A DNA stretch of 58,802 nucleotides, filler included, from Sphacelaria rigidula (taxonomy: Eukaryota), in assembly GCA_964200075.2 (NCBI GenBank). It is 7 parts of 7 records of this genome, joined end to end, with 100 filler letters (N's around TTAATTAATTAA, not from the genome) between each part and the next. Parts side by side here need not be neighbours in the genome. Positions count along the whole stretch, not along the records: positions 42,076 to 50,389 come from CAXNAA020011559.1; positions 50,490 to 58,802 come from CAXNAA020011560.1; 5 more parts are not named here. The stretch is one strand, 5' to 3'. This document shows positions 49,501 to 58,802 of the stretch, in pieces. The position numbers were made by a program, and so were the translations under genes. The notes under the pieces were generated by a model that was given only the letters and a program-made list of their open reading frames with translations, did not search any database and was not told the DNA's origin. Each line of letters starts with the position of its first letter. Position 1 is the stretch's first letter.

Positions 49501-52500
49501 CAGGGTGGGTCATCTGCTGGATCGGCATCATTTTCACACCACATTTTGACATCGGGACGCCACCACAAGCCGCTACGATTGACGATTTGCCTGAACTTTC
49601 TTCCCGCGTACATATCTGTGACACCTGCCCGAAAGTTTGGGACAACAAATGATGTGAAAACAGTGGCTTCGGGTGACGGGCAAATGATATATATCAAGCT
49701 ACTGGAATGATTATTGGGAATCTGAGTTCACGCATTATAAAATTGTTTCGTTGTCCTACCAAGCAACAGCTCATTCGTGACACTAACTCTCAGATATCGT
49801 CGTGCTTCTGCCCCACGCTCTGCCGTCTCCTTCTCCATGGCCAGTTCAACGGTGATCGTGTATTGGTCTGACCCGAATCTGGAATACCCGTTGAGCGATG
49901 GCTCCCCCAGCAGCTTCATCGGAGATATGCCGTACACGCGCCTACAACCCGGTATCGCCCGGTACAACTTCTCGCGAACAGCAATTGTACGTCGTGCTCA
50001 GTGGTACCGTTTACTTGTTTTGTTGAATTTGTGTTATTTTTTATTAGTCGCCGTTCAGTCATACGGTGTGTTCTGGTATATCAGCGTGCATGTACGCGCG
50101 CGTGTATGTAATCATCGTTTTCGTCGCCCCATGTTTGCTGGACTTCATTTCGTAACAATATCGACGGTCGATCTTCAACACCGGAAACGACGACCCTAGA
50201 CCTCAGTAGCTTCTCTCTGCTTGCGAGCGTTCCCCTCGAATGACATCATACCGTGTATACCGAGAGTTCTAATCCCCGATTCATGGACATTACTCGGACA
50301 AAATAGAGTCATGCCATCATGGGTGTACTCATGATCTTGCATGCCATAGCCATAAGACCATTGACCTCGCATCCCTACAATGCCGGGACNNNNNNNNNNN
50401 NNNNNNNNNNNNNNNNNNNNNNNNNNNNNNNNNTTAATTAATTAANNNNNNNNNNNNNNNNNNNNNNNNNNNNNNNNNNNNNNNNNNNNGTTGCTTTATT
50501 TTGTGGTATCGCCACTTCCTGAGACAGCCACAGCTTCTACACTGCCTCATGGGTGCCTCACCATACCGTGGCGGGGGGGGGGAGCTATGCATCAACATAG
50601 CGGTGGAAGTCGTTGGTCAACTGGGGTAACGTAACAGACAAGTTACAACAACAGGGAGCAGGGTTTTTGAGGGCCGCGAACCCTATTAACAGTAGGACGC
50701 CTCCGATGACGATCCTAGGGTCTGCGGTAATTCCAATCTGGTTCCATCCGGAAGATAGAGTGAGGAAGTTATGGGTTAGGATAGTCGATGGATTACCGTA
50801 CGGATTCATTTTGGGGGCAAGTTTCTTCGGAATAAACAAAAGCACGTTGTCTTTTGAAGGCCGATCAGGGTTTCGACCTTCACCGGAGGCACCGTGGGTA
50901 AGGTTCGTGTCCCACGGTTCACCAAAACTCGGAGCTGTGGACACCGAACGCCTTACCGGCCAAGAAGATTCGGCAAGGTGGGATCTCTTCTGTGCTGTCA
51001 AGCCGAGCACAACTCGTAACGACCCGACGGGGATGTTGTCTGGTGAGAGCGACCTGGCGGCGTGGGGTGAGGTATGGAGGGACCTTGGAGCAGCGTGGGA
51101 GGACGACGCTACGCTTCAGTGGCCACTGCGTCTGACGGAGGACGCGAGTTTAGAAGGTTTCGTTAGCGAGTTAGTCCCAGACTACATACGAGGGCCGCAA
51201 CCGCAGGAACGTCAACTCGTGTTAATCAAACCTCGGCAGGCGTTCGATTTAGACGAGGAGGCAGAGGTAGGGGTAGCCAGGGGAGTGCAATGGTGGGATC
51301 CACATTTACCATTAGTATGTAAGGTGGTCAACACAGCCAAGAGTGCTCGGTTCGTAAAGAAGGGTATCATAGTGGCAAAGGTCGTGGCCGTGAATGTTCA
51401 GGATCGCGAGCGGTTGCAGAGTCTGTACGTTTCCGACTCGGGCACAACGCTTAAGTCGAAGCTGGAGGATGGAGGGACTAGTCCCTCCCCAACCGCTGCC
51501 GGAATCAGCGAAGGTGAAGGAGCGTCACGCAACTGAGCCCACAGGAGTAGATCTCACGGAGGCGAACATGGGTCAGCTAGGTCCAGCGCAAAAGGGCCGG
51601 CTGCTGTCATTGTTAGGTGACTTTAACAAAGCAGGTCTTTTTGCGGTGGACCCTAAGCGAGTGAAGGCCGCCCGTGGAGAACCTTTACGTCTACAGCTGA
51701 AGGAGCCCAAGTGTCGGCCGTTCGCCGTCGGCACTAGGCGTTACTCGCCAGAACAAGAGACGGCTATTCAAGATGAGATCCAGAACCTCGTGAAGCGGGG
51801 GATCATCGACCCGTCGACGTCAGCATGGGCAGCTGCTTGCGTCACGGTACGGAAGAAGGACGGTAGTTTACGGTTGTGTCAGGGTTATCATGAACTGAAC
51901 GAACTTCTCGAGTCATGCAGCGGCGGTTTGGGGAATATGCAGACCATGTACAGTGGACTAGCAGGATCCAAGTACTTTACGAGTGTTGATCTATCGAGTG
52001 GATTTTTTCAGTTGGAGGTGGCAAAAGAGGACCGACACCTGACAGCCTTTCGCGATGCAAAGGGACACCTATGGCAATATCAACGTTGCGGATTCGGACT
52101 CAAGGTATTATCGGCGACATTTCACCGAACAGTATCCGAAGCGTTGTTACCGGCGAAGGGTGTCAAGAATTGGTTGGATGACATCTTGTGGCCTAGTGCG
52201 ACTTTCGCCAGTCACATGGCGGGGCTGAGAGTTGTGCTTCATTGTTTACTAACCGCCGGCCTCACCGCGAATTTCCAGAAATCACAGTGGTGCACCCAAC
52301 AACAGGACTTTGTGGGGATGACGATCGATGCTTCGGGGATTCGACCCTCGCAGTCTAAAATCGAAGCAATCGCCCAGTTGAGGGAACCACAGAAGGTAGA
52401 GGAGTCAAGATCGTTTCTGGGTATGACTGGATATCTTAGGCGGTACATAAAGGGGTACAGTAACATGGAGGCGCCACTCACAGACTTGCTGAGAGACAAG

Positions 52501-53249
52501 CGACTAGCCACCAAGCGGGCGAGGAGGTTGGCACTTCCGTGGGGGCCTCAGCAGCGACAAGCATTCTTGAACTTGAAGGACGCGCTGATGACGTATCCGA
52601 TCTTGGTATACCCGGATTGGAATGAGTGATTCGTACTACACTTCGATGCCTCGCAGTACGCGGCGGGGGCCGCCCTGGCCCAAGGAGCAGATGAGCGGGA
52701 ATGGATCATAGAGTATGCTAGTCATAGATGGTCTCGAGCGGACGGAGAGAAGTCGGCATCAGAGAGAGAAGTCGTGGCTGTTTTGTGGTCAGTAGAGCGA
52801 TTTAGGTCGTATCTATGGGGGCGGGAGTTTACGCTAGTTACGGATTGCAGTGCGTTGACGTGGCTGTTTCGCAGCCAAAAGTTGTCACCTAAGTTCCACC
52901 GGTGGGCGCTGAGGTTGATGGAGTATGATATGGTTCTCAAGTGGAGAGCTGGGCACGAACACCAGCTGCCGGATGCCTTATCCCGGCTGCAAGGGAGCCA
53001 ACCCCGGGGAACCGACATTGACGTGTCATTCCCTGACGACAACACTAAAGCCGAACCCGGCGGAGAGGAAGGACCGCAAGGACCCAGACTAGACGGGATG
53101 CTGCTGAAGGAACTGGAGGTCGACTACCCGGAAGAGACCGCAGACGTTATGGCCTTAGCGTTGGAAAATGTCAGCGCACTGTATACTCTGCAAACCGAAG
53201 ACGAGTCCACCAATGATACCGAGTGCCCCATGCCAGGACCGATGAAGCG

Positions 53250-54115
53250 GCAAACCCTCGCTTTGGTTATCCATTGCGGAGGCGGAGGGAGTATTCTGGC
53301 CGCTGAAGAGTTCTTGGAGGTGGTCGCAGCCACCGATGCAGACTGGAAAGCGTTGGGCTGCGTCAGAGTAAATGAAGTTGGAAAGGAAGTCAAGCTGGTA
53401 CGTACAAGTCCAGGGCGCCGCTCCTTCCACAATCTGGTGGAGGAGGTGCAACCAGAAGTAATGGCAGGAGATACGAGTAGAGTTACCTCCAGTGAGCGAG
53501 GTGCGGCGGAGCCGGAATACGCCGACGCTGTCAAAGAGTTGGTCGGGTCGTTCCTTTCCTCAAGCTCGGTGACAACTCTGATATTGGAGAGTACCGCTGT
53601 GATGCTGAGCTCCTCGGGTTGGAAGCAGCACGTCGCTCCGCTATTGAGCGGAGCTGGTTGCTTCACCGAACAAGCTCCAGTCTCAGCCGTGCAGGTGGGC
53701 GCCCCGTATCAAAAGAGACGGACCTATGTGGTCACTTTGAAGGCTGACCATCAAGGGCAGGGACCGCTGCGAGCATGGAAGCAGCAAGTGGAAGCATACA
53801 CCATGGCTTGCCCCACGTTGGGTCAGCTATTGGGGCGAACCGGCACCTACTTCTTGGAGCCAACGGGACAGGGCAAGGCTATTCGTGTTCCCGGCTGACG
53901 AAGAGTAAACCCAGGCGTGAAGAATTCAAACCCCACAAGGCGGACGCAGGGGAATTGGAGGAAGCCGTCGAGCTCGAGAGAGACGATTTCATCAGAGTCG
54001 CGACTACCCTCGATCACTACGAGACACAACCCACGGTGAACAACGACGCCGTGCCGGAGATTGTGGCTAATTTCGTCCACCAGTGGATGATGAAAGCGGT
54101 TTTATCGAGCCTGGA
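53250..54115 (+). other. Degenerate DNA (cytosine-5)-methyltransferase domain inside pol
   Basis: Motifs appear in canonical order: I IHCGGGGS, II VVAATDAD, IV PEVMAGDTSR (no PC), VI LILEST, VIII AVQVGAPYQKRRTY, IX-like ELERDDFIRVATT, X-like IVANFVHQWMMKAV. Confidence 0.7.
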
Positions 54116-55724
54116 AGCGGAAGGTTTGTTAAGCCGGGCTCAGATTTGGAGCGAGGATGTAGGTTTGAGCGCGATTGCGGCGACGTGGCCTAGTGAGGAA
54201 GCTGAGTCACCGGAAACTTGTGGAGCCGCTGTAACGCGCTCGTCGGTCCCCGAGGCGGAGACTAAGTCAGACCAAGACCCTGGTGGGGGGGAGGCTTCAA
54301 CTGAGGAGCCACTGGTACCAGGTAAGGGCAGCCCTAGGACCGTCCTCGAGCAGACGAGAGCGATCTTGATCGATGGACCGCGACTCGGCCTACTACAAAA
54401 GCGGGATTCCCGGCTTGGATCCATCAAGGAGAGGTTGAAAGAGGATCATAAGGATGAAAGGACCAATAAGGAGCAGAATGCGTACGTCCTAGATGAGGAG
54501 AATCTTCTATGGTATACCTCACGTAGGGCGCCGGCCAAGCTAGATATTCCTCGCAGTCTAGTGCCAGGCTTGTTGAGGTTGGTGCACACTACGCACGGGC
54601 ACGCCGGAGTGATGAGGACGACAGCAGTGATCAACGCACGTTACGAATGGCCAGGTCTTTTCGCCGATACTCGCAGATACGTGCTGTCTTGTGGGTGTCG
54701 CCGGCGCAAGCGTACTAACAGTCACACAATAGCGATGCGACCTGCTCGATTCTTGCGGGCATGGGAGGTGCTAGAAATGGACATATCAGATGTGAAGCAG
54801 GTTTCCATTTTGGGTTATAGGTACTTGTTGATCGTTATGGATCGAGCGACCAAGTTTCTCTTTGCCTTTCCGCTGGCTGCCAAGACCACTGAGCCCGTAG
54901 CCAAATGCCTGTTAAAGCTCTTCTTCTTGACGTTCGGAGTACCCTATTTCCTTACAAGTGATGCCGGGGGGGAGTTCACTTCAGAGGTAGTAAGCCATGT
55001 ATGCCAGTGGATGAAAGTGAAACTTGATCATGGTCCGGCAGAGCACCCTCGCGGTCAGGGCGCGGTGGAAAGGTACGGTGGGTGGTTGCACGACGTTTTG
55101 GCCGAGTTGTGTAAGCAGTGGCCGGACAGGTGGGACGAGTATGTGTCTCCCGCTGTATGGATTCACCGTACCACTCCCGACCCGTCATTGCCTGATAACC
55201 CGACGCCATTCAAGCTGCTTTTTGGGCGCGAACCGCGCACTCAAATCGATGCTGTGCCACCGGAAGTGGGGTCTCCACCTTTGAGTAACACGGTGAAACA
55301 ACAGCGACAGAATCTAAAGGAGGTTCATGAGCTACTAACCCAGCGCCATAAGCGAAGGGAGGAGGTAAGATCAGCTAGAAATGCCGAGTTGACTCGCCAG
55401 TCGGCAGGATCGCGAGCTCAGGTAGGGGATTTGATGCTGGTCAAGGAGTCGGACAGCTCCCTTCTAAACGAACGTGTGCCGGCCAAACTGGTACACGAGT
55501 TGTGGACTGGACCATGGACGGTGCAGCAGGTGGTGATACCAGGTCTCAGCCTCAAGGTCAACATGCAGGAACGAAAAGTACGAGAACGGAAGGTGTCCGC
55601 GGCCATCGTAAAGACGTTTTATGTGCGACCAGAACAGCTGCGGCATTCATTTTTAGACGAGTACTCTCACTTAGCGTGGGGAGTCGACTTGGGGTTGGCC
55701 GAGGACATTGCGTCCGTCCCACAA

Positions 55725-56140
55725 CTGTATACGTTGACGGACAGGAAAGTAATACTAGGCTCAGGGGCGTCGTGGGGATGGGAATATCGAGGGTTATTTC
55801 ACGATGGGGCCGAGTCGCACTGGCTGTCAGAGGAGGAAGTTTTACATAGCTTCACAGGGTTGCAGTTAGATGTGTTCCATGCGTTGTGGGAGCTATACCA
55901 CCCACAGACCAAACCGCGCCCATCTGTCACGCCATCTCGAGCGGAAAGGGATTTGATTGCTCGGGATGAAGCGTTACGGCAGATTCCTCGAGGGGCCAAG
56001 ATCCGTAAACACTTTACGGACCGCCACGGTGAGCGACAGGAATACGAAGGGGTGGTTTTCGATTTCCGTCAGCCATATTACCGCATCAAGTATCAGGATG
56101 GAGATTGGGAAGAGATGACACAACTACAGGTACGAAAATA
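55725..56140 (+). other. Chromo-like and Tudor-like modules at the integrase C-terminus
   Basis: LTDRK...WEYRGLFHDGAESHWLSEEEV is chromo-like. GAKIRKHF...YEGVVFDF...YYRIKYQDGDWEEM is a Tudor/SH3-like barrel. Confidence 0.6.
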
Positions 56141-56367
56141 CTCGGTGAATGGAGGAGATACCGGAACAGTGTCTGGGTCAAGATGAACGAAGAGGGAGAC
56201 CGCTTCTGCACGGTGTTTAAATTCCCTACGTGGTCTAACTCGGCAGAACGGTTACCAAGATCGACGACTACACGAAAACAACGTCGGATCTCGAGGGCTA
56301 GGAACCTGGAATTCGGCGATCCATCGTCGAACCACGTTCAGCCCCAGGGTTTGTCAACCCTAGGTCT

Positions 56368-56818
56368 GAGGGGGGGTGTTATGGATCGCGGTGTGCATGG
56401 AGGAAGGGACAGTACAATGATGGGGCCCGTCTGTTGATGGGAAAGTCCCGGAGGGCTGACTGCGGGAACTGGCAATGTGCCGCAGTTAGGGGTGAGGATG
56501 TTTGAGCCGTTGCAGACGGTTACATAAACATGCCTCTTTACATCCGACTTAAACTCGATTCTTTGGCATCGAGTGATGGTCGTACCCTGGTTTTGCCAAT
56601 CCTTTTTGGAACGAGCTCAAAAACCACTACTGAAAGAGAGAAACTGAATCGGTCCTGAAGCTGAGATCAAGATACCCTGACGTTCAACGTTGCTCTGTGC
56701 GTTGGACTTATCACTCGTGCGGTGCGTTCACTGGTTGGTTAGCGGATACACGGTGAGTGCACGGAGATGAAATGATCATAAGGGGCAGACCTGGATGATG
56801 TGAGTCGACACAATAATA
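56368..56818 (+). repeat. Polypurine tract and probable 3' LTR (56377 to ~56818)
   Basis: GAGGGGGGG directly precedes TGTTAT. The candidate end ATAATA is one mismatch from the ATAACA inverted repeat. The 5' LTR is not available to confirm the end. Confidence 0.55.
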
Positions 56819-58503
56819 GAATATGCGAATTAGTGAACAAACAGTATGAGGTGCGAACTGGAAATCTCATGTCTAGGGGGGGTGATTATGTTGTGAAATG
56901 AGTGATGATGTCTGAACATACATAAAACGACAGAACTTCGGTTCTTGTGAGGATGAATTCATTTAAGGAATTGCTGATTGCTCGGGAGAAACATGCAACA
57001 TTGACCACAACCCTGCACAACCGATTCTGTTTGCGACATGGTGCTTCCAACCGGGAACGTTGTGTCGAATCAGTCCATCTACGGTGATCACACACCGCGA
57101 AATTTGGTTAGAAAAAAAGGTTGCGGGAGACAGCAATCGACGGGAGATTTCGATCTTCATATGGAAATAAAGGTAACAAACTGTAATTTCGTTTCATCCC
57201 AGGGCACGAAATTGCCGTGGAAATAACAACCGGACAAGGTAAGTGAAAGCATGGTGCGCGCCATGAGCGACGCGCACACGTGTTGCGCCAGTGCAGCAGG
57301 AAACAAACTGCGGAGACGGCTACAGTGGTTACTTGTATTTCGAATTTTGGTGGCGTAGATCAACCCACTCATGCGTGCATATTGCGCTTGAGGAAGAGAC
57401 CTCGAAAAGGCGACCGACAGGGCCAAACAGTAAGTACTTCACACCGGGGAACTACTATCGGCACCCACCTGTGAGGCTATGCTCGTAAGGCGAACCGTGT
57501 GCGAATCTAAACAGCTTGCGCATTAACAGAACCTACCAGTAAACCACATGATCATAGGCTGAAGCGCGCACGTTAGGGTGAAGAGGGATCATCTGGGCAA
57601 CACCGCTGGGTAGTAATGTCGCGCATAACCCCAGGGCACACAGCAGCTGCTTGGGCGGGGGGTTATTTTGCATGCCTACAGCGAACGAAATGAGTGGCGG
57701 GCTGAAAGGCACCGCCACATACGCTATTTACCGGACCCACACCTATGCAATTAATAGTATAGTTGCGGGACATTGGATTCAGATTTATGTCCCAATTGAA
57801 AGCCACGCCACTCAATCGCTCGCCCCGATGGTACAACGAGAAATGTTGTTACAACAGACCCTGAAAGAAGCAAACAGCCATACAGACAGTGAACAAAGAC
57901 GGAGCGGCGCGAAGAGAAAAACTGAGTAACCGCATGAGATGCCAAGGGTGCTGTGTCCTAATATGTTTAGAACAAGAGTTGCGCAGCTCGAGCAAAGACA
58001 GCTGCTGACTTGCATGCCTTTTACGATACCAGCAAGATCTGGGCATTTATGCAGGCACCCCGCTACACCCTGAATTCGCTTGAAACACTTGGGGAGGCGG
58101 GCAGCTACAAGCTTGCTCCCTTTGCAACAAGTAATACATGAGAAAGAATGGCTAGCAAACTGTTAGCGGAGACAAAGGTATACAGGGAAAATGCTATAGT
58201 ACCGCTCGAGGAGCTGGGGAGGGGCGAAAATCACGACAACAGCAAAACAAGGTGCTGATGTTCGCCCTGTACAAATTTATCTCATACCATTAAAACAGGA
58301 TAATGGCGGTGTATATATTAAAAACCCAATTCGCGGCCGTTCGTTTACAATTGAGAATTGTCAACAAACACTGTCACTACTCGATCGGCCGGACGGGATA
58401 CAGCCAGGGCAGGGTTATATAACATGCTGAGGGCGCTGGAGAAAAAAAAATAGCAATGCTAACCAGGCGTCGCAGGCCGTGATAGATGTTTGTTCGCTCA
58501 CAA

Positions 58504-58590
58504 GAGTCATCCTACGATAGGGGGGGGGGGGGGTATTTTGGGCCATTTGTTGCTCGAAATTTCGAGTCAGATCGTCGTTGGAAGCAGCAA
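58504..58590 (+). mobile_element. Left end of GAG...CTC MITE family, fused to a second repeat
   Basis: gagtcatcctacgatag(g)ntattttgggccatttgttgctcgaaa... switches at ~58594 to the 16660 repeat. Confidence 0.8.
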
Positions 58591-58802
58591 CGAACAACAA
58601 ATTGTGCGAATTGAGGTTTAACTTTGAGATGAGGTTCAAGCCTAAAACAGTGCTTTCCTCACTCTTTCAGCGATGATGCCCAATGACGTTTTTGTCGACC
58701 TAATACCCTTCAATCGCGTAGGTACTTCTTCAGCGCAATTCGCCGACTCTGCGCGCCTACAGCTCTGACCGAAACCGCCATTTTCCCTGATATTACCCCC
58801 CT

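Larger units (their letters stand above)
50613..56186 (+). pseudogene. pol: pol polyprotein (frameshifts near 51500 and 53890, in-frame TGA at 52627-52629)
   Basis: Protease C-half (GFILGASF); RT (SAWAAACVTVRKKDGSLRLC, YFTSVDLSSGFFQ, FGL, WLDDIL); RNase H (FDAS, SEREV.AV, LVTDC, DALSR); integrase HHCC (HTTHGH...SCGC) and DDE (EMD, TSD, VER). Confidence 0.92.
50490..56818 (+). mobile_element. Ty3/Gypsy LTR retrotransposon, 3' portion (PR-RT-RH-DNMT-like-IN-chromo/Tudor, PPT, 3' LTR)
   Basis: Domain order protease, RT, RNase H, integrase is diagnostic of Ty3/Gypsy. The 5' part is cut by the contig edge. Confidence 0.93.

Noticed and set aside
49330-49990. Possible gene (ORFs 49330-49710 and 49777-50199)
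   Set aside because: No recognisable motifs and no reliable splice model.
51110-51410. dUTPase between protease and RT
   Set aside because: The spacer is beta-rich and may be dUTPase-fold-like, but none of the five dUTPase motifs is recognisable.
8520-56186. gag (contig 2) and pol (contig 7) as halves of one element
   Set aside because: They are on different unlinked contigs, each has its own protease region, and they share no sequence.
56870-57960. Second PPT/LTR at ~56875 and scattered exon-like pieces
   Set aside because: No matching LTR end and no recognisable protein.

Overview
This is repeat-rich, intron-containing eukaryotic DNA, most likely from a brown alga (Phaeophyceae or another ochrophyte). 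That assignment is inferred from a VDL-type gene with a bipartite plastid-like leader, long GT-AG introns and the repeat content. The window is not one locus. It is seven size-sorted contigs (8315, 8315, 8315, 8315, 8315, 8314 and 8313 bp) joined by artificial N44-TTAATTAATTAA-N44 linkers, so no synteny should be read across the gaps. Host genes seen: exon 1 of a violaxanthin de-epoxidase-like gene, four exons of an ABCC/MRP transporter, a disrupted 7TM-like exon and a few unassigned membrane-protein exons. The rest is mostly transposon-derived: two Ty3/Gypsy pieces, an integrase relic, SINEs, LINE 3' ends, MITEs and foldback elements. Two observations stand out. (1) A Ty3/Gypsy pol (50.5-56.2 kb) carries a complete but catalytically degenerate DNA cytosine-5 methyltransferase fold between RNase H and integrase, followed by chromo-like and Tudor-like modules. 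(2) An intron-containing ParB/Sulfiredoxin-domain gene lies head-to-head with a Sola-type transposase gene (26-30.4 kb). All family assignments come from reading motifs by eye; no database searches were run.
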